DNA of 64,000 bases from a virus. The translations under genes and the position numbers were made by a program. The stretch lies in the IMG/VR virus record IMGVR_UViG_3300015360_000024, positions 96,001 to 160,000 of that record. One strand, written 5' to 3'. The notes beneath the pieces were generated by a model. That model saw only the letters and a list, made by a program, of their open reading frames with translations. It searched no databases and was not told where the DNA came from. Numbering within the stretch: position 1 is the first letter of the stretch; every line of letters begins with the position of its first letter. This document shows, one piece after another, positions 36,606 through 45,438 of this stretch.

Positions 36606-37934
36606 ATGACGCGCATCATTCCATTGACTGAGACGACGGACCCGGCTGCGGTAGCCGACCAGGCCGTTCTTTATTCGAAAGACGTGGCTGGCGTAACACA
36701 ACTCTTTGTACGACTTAGTGACGGTACTATCGTACAGATTAGCGGTGTAGGCGGGACTGCGTCACCTATTGTAGTTTGGACTGCCGCGAAGACGTGGGCG
36801 CAGGTCTATACTGAGATCACGTCGTTCAGCTCAAAGTGTGTCGTGCTCATTGAACCGAGCGGCGCCAATCGCAACATCACGACGGGAACCTACGACATCA
36901 ACGGCGTGCGGTTTATCGGCATGCCGCAGCTGACCGCAGCCACGGTTGGATATGGCGCGGTTAAGGTTGTGGTCGATGCGGCCGTCACGTTCTCACAGGA
37001 CGGAACCACTCTCTTTGCGGTGATTTCAAGCCAGGATGTGTTCTGGTATTTCAATAGTGCCGTCCAGCCTGTGCAGCTAGACAAGATTCGCATCCGTCTT
37101 GACGGCGGCAAGATGCATGCAGACGCAGGTTCTGTGTTTACAAACATCACAGAGGCGCGCATCTGCCTGACAGGCGGAGCACATCTTCAGGGATACAGCA
37201 ATGCGACGGATGCACTGATCCAGTTAAGTGATGCTGCCACGTGCGTGATCGAATCCTATACAGGACATGTCATGCAGGACATCGTCAATACGCCAAAAAC
37301 CGCGTTTAGTACAACCGTTGAACTGTGGACTGACCCCGCTAGCGTGGTGTACACGTCCGGCAGTGGAGGTTGGTTTCGATCTGCCAACACCACGCCTACC
37401 TATAAGAGTTTCTGGGGCGGAAGTTCCACCCCTGGCGCTGATGCGAATTCTCTTGCGAAGGTGTCGGCCAACGGCACATTCCATAAACCATATGTAGACA
37501 ACAGCGGTAACTGGGGCAACATCGTCGACCCCCTCACCCTTAACAACGTCGTAGTTAATACGATGTTGACCAGTTATGGCATCACGCTGCTCGGGGCAGA
37601 GCTACAACTGAACTCACAAGCGGATGTTGCTTCGCCTGGTACCAAGCCAATCGATGATTACGCGCTTTCGTACACTGGATCAATTTTTATCATGCAGAAC
37701 ACCACTGCAGGAGGCACAACGATTAACAGTCTCGCCACGATTGGCAGTGGGTTGACGTTGTTCATGTTAATGAACGTTGGGTCGTCAGGAACCCTGACGC
37801 TAAAACACGAGACGGGAACGACACCGTCTTATCGTTTCTCGCTCGCAGGTGCGGTAGATCGTGTTCTTGCAGTCGGCGAAGGTGTTTGGGTTCTGCGAGA
37901 TTTTGTGCGAAATCGCTGGCGGCTAGTTGGTTGA
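36606..37934 (+). CDS. Fibre/appendage protein
   Basis: N-terminal TDPAAVADQAVLYSKDVAGVTQLFVRLSDG motif typical of fibre repeats; start reassigned to ATG 36606 (track 36486). Confidence 0.6.
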   Translation: MTRIIPLTETTDPAAVADQAVLYSKDVAGVTQLFVRLSDGTIVQISGVGGTASPIVVWTAAKTWAQVYTEITSFSSKCVVLIEPSGANRNITTGTYDINGVRFIGMPQLTAATVGYGAVKVVVDAAVTFSQDGTTLFAVISSQDVFWYFNSAVQPVQLDKIRIRLDGGKMHADAGSVFTNITEARICLTGGAHLQGYSNATDALIQLSDAATCVIESYTGHVMQDIVNTPKTAFSTTVELWTDPASVVYTSGSGGWFRSANTTPTYKSFWGGSSTPGADANSLAKVSANGTFHKPYVDNSGNWGNIVDPLTLNNVVVNTMLTSYGITLLGAELQLNSQADVASPGTKPIDDYALSYTGSIFIMQNTTAGGTTINSLATIGSGLTLFMLMNVGSSGTLTLKHETGTTPSYRFSLAGAVDRVLAVGEGVWVLRDFVRNRWRLVG

Positions 37935-37966
37935 TGCGATTTATTGCCTTTCATAAGTAGGATTTC

Positions 37967-38800
37967 ATGAAGACCGCGCATCAGATCACGCCAAACCCGC
38001 AGCAAAATCAGGACGTATCTAACAAGCAATACGTTGATGCTACGGCTGCGGGTGATGCGGCAGTAGTCTTTGATGACGCCGTTCCAGCAAACCAGCTAAA
38101 TATTAGGTCTGATCGCGGAAGTAATCAGAGTCCGATAAACAACGCGCAGTCGCAGATTACAAACTTTGGATCACAGGACGGCCTCGTTGATCCTGCGGCC
38201 GTTGGCGCCACCGCCAAGGGAGCCGTGATTGGCGGTGGTGACGACAACACGGCCTCAGGTCTCTACTCAACGGTGCCCGGTGGCGCTGGGAACAAGGCGA
38301 CTGGGCAGTATGCGTTCGCGGCAGGGCTTCGCGCACTGGCGAATAAGAGCGGACAGATTGCCACCGCAGGCGGTGCCTTTAATGTCGCTGGCGACGCGCA
38401 GACCGGATGGATGGTCGTTCGTATTGGAACGCCAGGTGTTGGTGCTGGCGAGTCGATGGAACTCGGCGCAGGTAACTCGTCAGACCAGTACATCCTATTG
38501 GATGACGACAAGGCATACACGATCGTCGTCTCCGCAGTCGCTCGTGGTCTCGTGAGCGGAAATCCGTGCATGCAGAGCTTCAGGCAGACGTTCGCCGTTC
38601 GACGTGAGTCTGGAACGTCAATTATTGCTGCCTCTGGCGTACTGGAGCAGATGGGCGACGCGGCAGCGAACTCATGGACTTTGGTGGCATCTATCGGTGC
38701 CGGACCAGATCGATTCAGCCTGACCGTAAACACTGGGATTACGACGAGTTCAGTCCGAGTTGTCGCCAAAGTTGAGCTGACTGAAGTGCAGAACCCCTGA
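37967..38800 (+). CDS. Fibre protein with YadA-head-like GG..N.A repeats
   Basis: AVIGGGDDNTASGLYSTVPGGAGNKATGQYAFAAG. Confidence 0.65.
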   Translation: MKTAHQITPNPQQNQDVSNKQYVDATAAGDAAVVFDDAVPANQLNIRSDRGSNQSPINNAQSQITNFGSQDGLVDPAAVGATAKGAVIGGGDDNTASGLYSTVPGGAGNKATGQYAFAAGLRALANKSGQIATAGGAFNVAGDAQTGWMVVRIGTPGVGAGESMELGAGNSSDQYILLDDDKAYTIVVSAVARGLVSGNPCMQSFRQTFAVRRESGTSIIAASGVLEQMGDAAANSWTLVASIGAGPDRFSLTVNTGITTSSVRVVAKVELTEVQNP

Positions 38801-38818
38801 TAGTCTGAGCTAGAGATC

Positions 38819-39691
38819 ATGACCAGCACGAACAAGATGTTGTGGCCGTACCCGAACAAGGATTCAGATCCTTGGTTTGCCGGGTTCGAGTCGATGACCG
38901 GAGCGATGGATGCTTCCGGCTACGCGGCGCGCGAAGACCGCAATATCCTGATCTCTGGCGGTGGGACGGTGTCGTTTGTTGCTTCGACCGGGCTGCTGAC
39001 CTGGTCGGCGGCGATCGTCCTCATGTCTCCGATCTCAGGGTACAAGCTGACGCTGCCAGCCGGATCGGCTGTTCTGGTGGACGGTGCGAGCCTGTATGTA
39101 AACGTTGTTAGGGCACCAACAGGCAACTCTTCACTGGCGTCGTTCGTATCCGCTCAGGTTCCAAACACCGATAGCGCGATGTTGTTGGCGGTTCGAAACG
39201 GGGCTGCTGTCTACTTTCGAAACGGATCCGAGGTTGGGGACGGACAGTCGAAAACGCTCTTTAGCTCCGGAGGTCTGCAGACCGGATCGTCTCTCATCTC
39301 GATTGTTAAGATGGCGACGCGTGAGAGCCACGGCTCGGATACAGCTCTCGTTTGCGGTGGTGATGCCTTAGATCCGGTTGCGTTCGATATCCCTGGCTTT
39401 ACAAAGACCATGGTATTTCGAGCAGTTGCTGCAAACGGCGATATTGGACTTAGCACCACCGTCAAGTTGTACAATCTAACGGACAGCGATCTGATCGCGA
39501 CGCTGACCTTTACTTCGACTTCCCCAACCAAGATGGATGCTGTCCTTACCCAGGGAACTGGCGTCGGACAGATCGATCCAGGGTACAAGATCTACGAAAT
39601 AAGAATCGCACTCGGCGCCCCGTCCGGAGGGCCAACGGAGACTGTCGAGCTGTACGCAGCTGAAATAATCATCACCAATACAGCTACTTAG
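38819..39691 (+). CDS. Virion appendage/fibre-type protein, paralog B of ORF 32392
   Basis: MLWPYPNKDSDPWF..FE.M...MDASGYA.REDRNI N-terminus shared; C-terminus different. Confidence 0.7.
   Translation: MTSTNKMLWPYPNKDSDPWFAGFESMTGAMDASGYAAREDRNILISGGGTVSFVASTGLLTWSAAIVLMSPISGYKLTLPAGSAVLVDGASLYVNVVRAPTGNSSLASFVSAQVPNTDSAMLLAVRNGAAVYFRNGSEVGDGQSKTLFSSGGLQTGSSLISIVKMATRESHGSDTALVCGGDALDPVAFDIPGFTKTMVFRAVAANGDIGLSTTVKLYNLTDSDLIATLTFTSTSPTKMDAVLTQGTGVGQIDPGYKIYEIRIALGAPSGGPTETVELYAAEIIITNTAT
38835..38877 (+). repeat. 43-bp exact direct repeat, copy 2
   Basis: Identical to 32408-32450. Confidence 0.9.
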
Positions 39692-39790
39692 CGGACGCCG
39701 CTTAGTTTCGCAACGTATTCCATGGTTCGGGATATCCTGATCGTAACCGAAATGAGCGTCCACTCCGATAAAGAGACAGGTTGGTGACCA

Positions 39791-40273
39791 GTGCCACCGC
39801 CTGGACGCACGCTCGTTCGTTATGAGCAGCTCAGACGAACTGAGCCAGTTGGAGTCGAGCCTCTAGATGATGGCAAGCTCGCTAAGGGTAGGTATTTCTT
39901 GGCAGATTGTCTCATGACGGACGTGATTGGTCATTGCGTTTATGTTACAGGGGCCGCCGTTCTTGGATTTCCGCAGGTCACCAGGACCGACATCAAGACA
40001 ATCGGCCTTGTGAAGCCTGCGCTCGGGATCATCGTTGAGAAGTCAGCGGTTACTCGCTGCCTGGTGATGACGTTCGGCGAGGCGGAGGTGTCTCCGGCGA
40101 TCCTAATTCCAGGCCAGCCTTACTGGGTTGGCGATGACGGAAAGATTACCGACGTATTGCCGGTGCCAGATCCAGGAGGCAAGATTGCTTGCCAGATTAT
40201 CGGTTCGGCCATTGATGTAGGACGGCTACTGATCAACCCAGAGCGACGCCCAACAATCAGAACAGATCCGTGA
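39791..40273 (+). CDS. DUF2190/capsid-cement-like small virion protein
   Basis: ALGIIVEK...VMTFGE...PGQPYWVGDDG...QIIGSAIDVGRLLINP resembles the C-terminal domain of ORF 40747. Confidence 0.55.
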   Translation: MPPPGRTLVRYEQLRRTEPVGVEPLDDGKLAKGRYFLADCLMTDVIGHCVYVTGAAVLGFPQVTRTDIKTIGLVKPALGIIVEKSAVTRCLVMTFGEAEVSPAILIPGQPYWVGDDGKITDVLPVPDPGGKIACQIIGSAIDVGRLLINPERRPTIRTDP

Positions 40274-40290
40274 TAGTAGAGGAGCCGTAG

Positions 40291-40728
40291 ATGCCGCCGC
40301 GTAAAAAGATGAACGGCACCGAGCCCAAAAAGAATGGGACGGTACCAGATGCAACAAAGCATGTTGATGATGATGGCTTCCTTTGCCTGAAGGGTGACCT
40401 GTTTTGGCGATGGCGTGCTCTCGACGCTGAGCTAAGAGCGGCCATCGCTGAGATGGAATCAGCGCAGCAGCAGATCCAAGTTGAGATAGCCAAGCAACCA
40501 GAACTGTCGGCGCTCCTTCAGAGGAAGGCCGCGCTTGCTGGTACTATTTCTACGGCCAAGACCGAACTACTAACGGTGCAGGGAGAGATCGAGAACGCCC
40601 TTGGTATCTCTCTCAAAGAGCATGCGTTTGACGACAAAACCGGGCGACTCTATAATCTAACAGCTGAGGGCTCTCAAGGAGATCCAATGAAGCCGAAATC
40701 TCGTAGGCAGAAATCGGCATCAGTATAA
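40291..40728 (+). CDS. Coiled-coil hypothetical protein (possible fibre chaperone)
   Basis: SD GAGGAG; heptad-rich centre. Confidence 0.6.
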   Translation: MPPRKKMNGTEPKKNGTVPDATKHVDDDGFLCLKGDLFWRWRALDAELRAAIAEMESAQQQIQVEIAKQPELSALLQRKAALAGTISTAKTELLTVQGEIENALGISLKEHAFDDKTGRLYNLTAEGSQGDPMKPKSRRQKSASV

Positions 40729-40746
40729 CCTCAGGGGAGAATTACC

Positions 40747-41988
40747 ATGGCACTGCGTAAGTTTCTATTTCAGAACCAGACCGAAGGATTCCACGAGGAG
40801 TTCTCAGCCGGTGATTCTCTCAATATGGTTGGCAGCAAGATCGAGAACCTTCTCGATCCTACTGGACCGCAGGATGCTGCAACCAAGTTCTACGTCGATA
40901 GCGTTGCGACTGGACTCGATCTGAAGGCATCGTCGCGCGTATCGCCGACCGCCGACTTCAGCACGTACACCAGCGCAGGTTCCGGCGTCGGCAAGACACT
41001 GACGGCGCCGACTGCCTCGGCCACACACAACACGCAGGACGGCGTTCTGCTCGTTGTTGGCAACCGTGTTCTCGTCACGACGGCCGGCGGTAACACCACG
41101 ACCCCGGACCTGGATAACGGTATCTATACGGTCTTCTCGCTCGGAAACGGCGCAGGCACCAGTTTCGTGCTGACCCGTGCTACCGACGCAGATCAAAACG
41201 CCGAGGTCACAGCTGGTCTATTCACCTTCGTCACTGAAGGCACTGCGAACGCAGATACCGGCTGGGTGCTGGTTACGAATGATCCGATCACTGTCGATAC
41301 GACTGCACTGCAGTTCACGCAGTTCAGTTCAACGAATGCGTATACGTTTGATCAGGGTCTCTCGAACACGGGCGGATCGATCAAAGTCGAACTGGATACG
41401 GCAGCGGACGCCCAGGGCGCTGGTGCTGGTGGCGGTAGCTCGGGCCTTGAGTTCGACGTCAATACAGCCGCTGGCAAGGTCCGCGTTGCTGTGTCGACTA
41501 CCGGCAGTATTAATCGCCTGGCCGACGGTATTGGTCTGGAGTTGGATCCGACCGCCAACACGGCAGGCAATAACTTCTCGCTGTCCTCGACGGCAACTGG
41601 TCTCAAGGTGCTGCGTGCGCCGAAGACCGAAGAGAATTACATCGCCAACGAGGCGTTCGCTGTTGGCGATCCAGTTGCGTGGGCGGCAGGCGTCAATGAC
41701 AAGCTTGCCAAGGGTCGTGCTGATACCGACGCGAAGAGCCGCATTGTCGGCATCGCGCGTACGGCATCTACCGCACTCAACGATACGGCTGCAATCGTGT
41801 CTGAGGGCGTTGCAACCGGCACGCTGACTGGCGCAACGGCCGGCGATCCGTTCTACCTGCAGGCTACCGGCGGCGTCGGAACGTTTGCCTCGATCACTTC
41901 AGGCAAGCGCGTCGTTCGTCTTGGCTTTGCCAAGAACGCGACCGATCTGTTCGTCGACATCATGGATCTCGGCAAGAAGGCGGCGTAA
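40747..41988 (+). CDS. Head/tail decoration or fibre protein
   Basis: KIENLLDPTGPQDAATKFYVD...DNGIY...LTRATDAD...FVTEGTANADTGWVL...TTALQFTQFS is a recurrent phage fibre module; DUF2190-like C-terminus. Confidence 0.7.
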   Translation: MALRKFLFQNQTEGFHEEFSAGDSLNMVGSKIENLLDPTGPQDAATKFYVDSVATGLDLKASSRVSPTADFSTYTSAGSGVGKTLTAPTASATHNTQDGVLLVVGNRVLVTTAGGNTTTPDLDNGIYTVFSLGNGAGTSFVLTRATDADQNAEVTAGLFTFVTEGTANADTGWVLVTNDPITVDTTALQFTQFSSTNAYTFDQGLSNTGGSIKVELDTAADAQGAGAGGGSSGLEFDVNTAAGKVRVAVSTTGSINRLADGIGLELDPTANTAGNNFSLSSTATGLKVLRAPKTEENYIANEAFAVGDPVAWAAGVNDKLAKGRADTDAKSRIVGIARTASTALNDTAAIVSEGVATGTLTGATAGDPFYLQATGGVGTFASITSGKRVVRLGFAKNATDLFVDIMDLGKKAA

Positions 41989-41990
41989 TC

Positions 41991-42200
41991 GTGCCTTCTG
42001 TTCCTCGCAGGGGCCGCTTGCTGGATAAAACCAAGTTCGCCACTCAGCGTGGCGGCATGACCCAGCAGGAGTTGGCCGATGAGGCTGATATTCCACTCTC
42101 CTGCGTCGTTAAGGCTGAGCGTCTAGGTCGGCGAACGAATCAGACGGTTATCTCCAAGCTCGTTGAAGCGCTTGGCTGCGCAGAGAATCAGATCGTCTAA
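41991..42200 (+). CDS. XRE/Cro-type helix-turn-helix protein
   Basis: GMTQQELADEADIPLSCVVKAE...VISKLVEALGC. Confidence 0.85.
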   Translation: MPSVPRRGRLLDKTKFATQRGGMTQQELADEADIPLSCVVKAERLGRRTNQTVISKLVEALGCAENQIV

Positions 42201-42208
42201 GGAACTAA

Positions 42209-42760
42209 GTGGCTGTCGGACCCGATCGCGTCCAGGTTATCAAGCGAGAGTCTGCAGCCCTGGGCGGGGATGCAGCCGAGGACGTTGATTACCTGGAGCC
42301 AATCAGCGCCCAGGAAGACGCGATCGAGGCGGCCGGCATTTACATGCAGGACGCCTCGAATCGCGATGAGGCCGTGTGGATCGAGCGCAATGGCTCGAAC
42401 ATGCGGTTCTTCGACGTTGCCAACCCGGGCGGATATTCACTGACACAGCTCGCCACTGGCGGCGCTGGCATCACGTACAACGAATTCCTCCTCGATAACG
42501 AGCCCACAGCTGAGACTGGCGCGACCGACTGCACCTATACGCCCACGTACACCGGCATCAAGGTCACGAAGGAGGAGTGGAAGAGGAACGATACGACGCT
42601 CGTCAAGAGCATCGACTACACGTACACTGGGATCTCGGTGACCTCAGAAGTACGGAAGGTGTTCGCGGCCGACGGGACTACCATTGTGGCCCAGGTGACG
42701 TGGACGCATTCATACACGGGGATCAATCTGACGGGCTCGACTATGGTAAGAAACGTGTGA
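42209..42760 (+). CDS. Hypothetical virion-associated protein with YT.TG beta-hairpin repeats
   Basis: TYTPTYTGIKVT / DYTYTGISVT / HSYTGINLT. Confidence 0.6.
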   Translation: MAVGPDRVQVIKRESAALGGDAAEDVDYLEPISAQEDAIEAAGIYMQDASNRDEAVWIERNGSNMRFFDVANPGGYSLTQLATGGAGITYNEFLLDNEPTAETGATDCTYTPTYTGIKVTKEEWKRNDTTLVKSIDYTYTGISVTSEVRKVFAADGTTIVAQVTWTHSYTGINLTGSTMVRNV

Positions 42761-42761
42761 G

Positions 42762-44462
42762 ATGGGCGTAGTCGTCAACCCAGTGATCTCCATCCTGTAC
42801 GACGCAAACGGCGTCGCGATGGCCGTTCAGGTTGGTGCTGCGATTCCTGGCAGCACTCCAGCTATTATGGTTGCCGGCAGTGACGGCACCAACGCGCGCT
42901 ACATGCGGGTGGCGGCCGATGGCACCGTCCGTATAGATCCGACCGGGACCACGACTCAGCCAATATCAGCCGCATCGCTTCCGCTGCCAGCTGGCGCTGC
43001 TACGGCTGCCCTGCAGACACAGCCTGGCGTCGATATTGGTGACGTTACTGTCAACAACGGCACTGCTGGTGCGGCCGTCAATATTCAAGATGGCGGCAAC
43101 TCGATCACTGTCGATGCGACCTCGTGGCCGCTTCCAACTGGAGCCGCTACAGAGGCGACGCTTCTGACGATGCTCACGTTGGCTGGTTTTCAGGCGAGGA
43201 TAAATACCCTCGGCCAGAAGAACATGGCCAACTCGACGCCGTTCGTGATCGCTTCCGACCAGACGGTCATCCCGATCTCTGACAATTCTGGATCACTGAC
43301 CGTTGATGCGACCTCTTGGCCGCTTCCGACAGGCGCAGCGACTTCAGCGCTTCAGACCACAGGCAACACCAGCCTCAACAACATCGATACCAAGATGCCC
43401 GCGCAGGGCCAGGCGACGATGTCCGCGAGCACGCCGGTCGTCATCGCAAGCAACCAGAGCGCGGTTGCTTCGAAGAACGCTGCCGCATCACAAGACGATG
43501 GGCATTCGGCGTCTATCGGAGCGACAGCCGATGCCGACACGGCGCTCACGGTCATCGGACGGCTCAAGCAGATCATCACACGCCTCGCGGGAGGTCTGCC
43601 GGCCGCATTGGTCGGAGGTCGGCTCAATCAGAACATGGGTTCGTGGTTCGGCTCGACGGTGCCAACCGTCGGCCAGAAGGTGATGGCGCAGTCGATCCCG
43701 GTCTGCATGCCGACCGATCAGACGGCGGTGCTGGTCACGTTCACCGGCACGCGTACGGGTGCGGTTGGGTCGATCGTTTCTCTTGGTGGCTCCACGGCCG
43801 GCATACTCCAGACCATGCGGGCGACCGCTTATACCGAGCAAGGGTCGCAAGCACAGCGTTCATTCAAGTCGAACAACGTCAACGACACGTCTGCGGGCAC
43901 TGGCGCTCGCACGGTCAAGTTCATCTACTACAGCAACACGGGTGCCGGACCGTTCACCGAGACGGTGACGCTCAACGGCACCACGGCGGTCGCCACGGTC
44001 GCCACGGACATTCGCTTCATCGAATCCATGGAGGTGGTCACTTCTGGATCCGGTGGTGCGAACGCTGGAACGATCACGATGTCCGTCAACAACGCGGGCG
44101 GTGGTGGAACCATCGGTTCTATCGGCGTCAGCAGTATCGTCACAGGCCTCGGGGACAACAAGACGTTGTGGGCGCACCACTATGTTGCTGTGGGTGTCAT
44201 TGCGAGCTTGTCCACCTTGATCGTCGGAGCGCAGTCCAGCGGCTCTGGTACTTCAGCTCGATTTTTCGTCAAGGCACAGTCCGTGCTGACAGCCAACGCA
44301 ACAGAGACACTCGTCGGTGACGTTCTGCTTGTGCAGGGCGCATTCTCGCGCCTCTTCAACTTCTACGTGAAGGTCACAGGGTTCTCACGTCTCACTGTGT
44401 ATGCAGTTCCATCCAACAACAACGCAACGCTCTCCGCAGCGTTTGACTACTCGGAGACCTAG
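42762..44462 (+). CDS. Repetitive fibre/appendage-like protein
   Basis: Three PLP.GAAT repeats, repeated GQ..MA.S.P..I..DQ motifs, beta-rich C-terminus. Confidence 0.65.
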   Translation: MGVVVNPVISILYDANGVAMAVQVGAAIPGSTPAIMVAGSDGTNARYMRVAADGTVRIDPTGTTTQPISAASLPLPAGAATAALQTQPGVDIGDVTVNNGTAGAAVNIQDGGNSITVDATSWPLPTGAATEATLLTMLTLAGFQARINTLGQKNMANSTPFVIASDQTVIPISDNSGSLTVDATSWPLPTGAATSALQTTGNTSLNNIDTKMPAQGQATMSASTPVVIASNQSAVASKNAAASQDDGHSASIGATADADTALTVIGRLKQIITRLAGGLPAALVGGRLNQNMGSWFGSTVPTVGQKVMAQSIPVCMPTDQTAVLVTFTGTRTGAVGSIVSLGGSTAGILQTMRATAYTEQGSQAQRSFKSNNVNDTSAGTGARTVKFIYYSNTGAGPFTETVTLNGTTAVATVATDIRFIESMEVVTSGSGGANAGTITMSVNNAGGGGTIGSIGVSSIVTGLGDNKTLWAHHYVAVGVIASLSTLIVGAQSSGSGTSARFFVKAQSVLTANATETLVGDVLLVQGAFSRLFNFYVKVTGFSRLTVYAVPSNNNATLSAAFDYSET

Positions 44463-44464
44463 AC

Positions 44465-44755
44465 GTGATCAGCTTCGGCAACCTTCCACAACGCTCCGGT
44501 GACTGGACGTACTTCAAACCGTTCATCGCGTCCAAGACACTCAAGGTCCAGTACGAGGACGACGGCTTCGTGTACCTGATTTACGGATATGACGGTCCGG
44601 AGGTTCTCGTGTGTACGATCTGGAGGAGCATCGTCCCTCCGTCGGTCGTCAATGGCGGCTACAGCCAGGCGCAGAACGACACTGACAAAGCAGACTTCGA
44701 GACCAACTACAAACCGACAGCGAACGGCTGGATTCAGGGCGCGTCCAAGACGTAG
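44465..44755 (+). CDS. Hypothetical protein, possibly the N-terminal half of a gene split by an in-frame TAG
   Basis: Ends ...DFETNYKPTANGWIQGASKT*; the same frame continues LKTYVVEVALAGANAKDMLSIFNP. Confidence 0.6.
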   Translation: MISFGNLPQRSGDWTYFKPFIASKTLKVQYEDDGFVYLIYGYDGPEVLVCTIWRSIVPPSVVNGGYSQAQNDTDKADFETNYKPTANGWIQGASKT

Positions 44756-44806
44756 CTAAAGACCTACGTCGTCGAAGTTGCGCTCGCGGGCGCCAACGCC
44801 AAGGAC

Positions 44807-45244
44807 ATGCTTTCGATCTTCAATCCCGCAGCATCGGGAAAGATCGTCAAGCTTCGTGAAGCCTGGGCAACGGTTCCATCTTCTTCTGGCGCTATGGTCA
44901 TCATTCCGTTCGAGATTCGACACGCGACTGCCATTACAACCGGAACTGTCGTCAACGAGAAATCGTTGGACATAGGAGATGCCAACAGTGCTGTAGCTGT
45001 TGTGCGTCAGGCTCCGACAGGGATTACCGATCATGCGATACCTGTGTGGTGGACATGGGTTGAGCAAATCAACACGGTGCAGGGATCTACCAACGCGCAT
45101 AGTGAAACACTGAGCGACAGTTCATCAATCTCAGAGATAAAACCGTTGACCTTACGTGAGGGGAACGGCGCGTACCTGCGACAAATCGCTACGAACACGA
45201 GTACATTCCGTATGGGCTTTCTGTTCACAGAGGAGATTCCGTGA
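44807..45244 (+). CDS. Hypothetical beta-rich protein, possibly the C-terminal half of the 44465 gene
   Basis: In frame with 44465-44755; frame open from 44756; no well-spaced SD for ATG 44807. Confidence 0.6.
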   Translation: MLSIFNPAASGKIVKLREAWATVPSSSGAMVIIPFEIRHATAITTGTVVNEKSLDIGDANSAVAVVRQAPTGITDHAIPVWWTWVEQINTVQGSTNAHSETLSDSSSISEIKPLTLREGNGAYLRQIATNTSTFRMGFLFTEEIP

Positions 45245-45438
45245 GTCTTGAATTCTTTCCACTGGTAACCGAGGTCTCTGAGAACACGGCCGTTACGGAA
45301 CGCATGCAGGTCTATCGCGCCAAGATTCTTGGCGGGTGGCTCGTGCTAGTAACAAGCCAGGTCGCTGGATATCAGCATGAAAAATTAACGTTTGTGCCCG
45401 ACGCTGATCACACCTGGAATGGAGAATCGCTGCCATGA
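45241..45438 (+). CDS. Small hypothetical protein
   Basis: YRAKILGGWLV...LTFVPDADHTWNG looks like a conserved small bacterial protein type; SD GAGGAG. Confidence 0.6.
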   Translation: MSLEFFPLVTEVSENTAVTERMQVYRAKILGGWLVLVTSQVAGYQHEKLTFVPDADHTWNGESLP

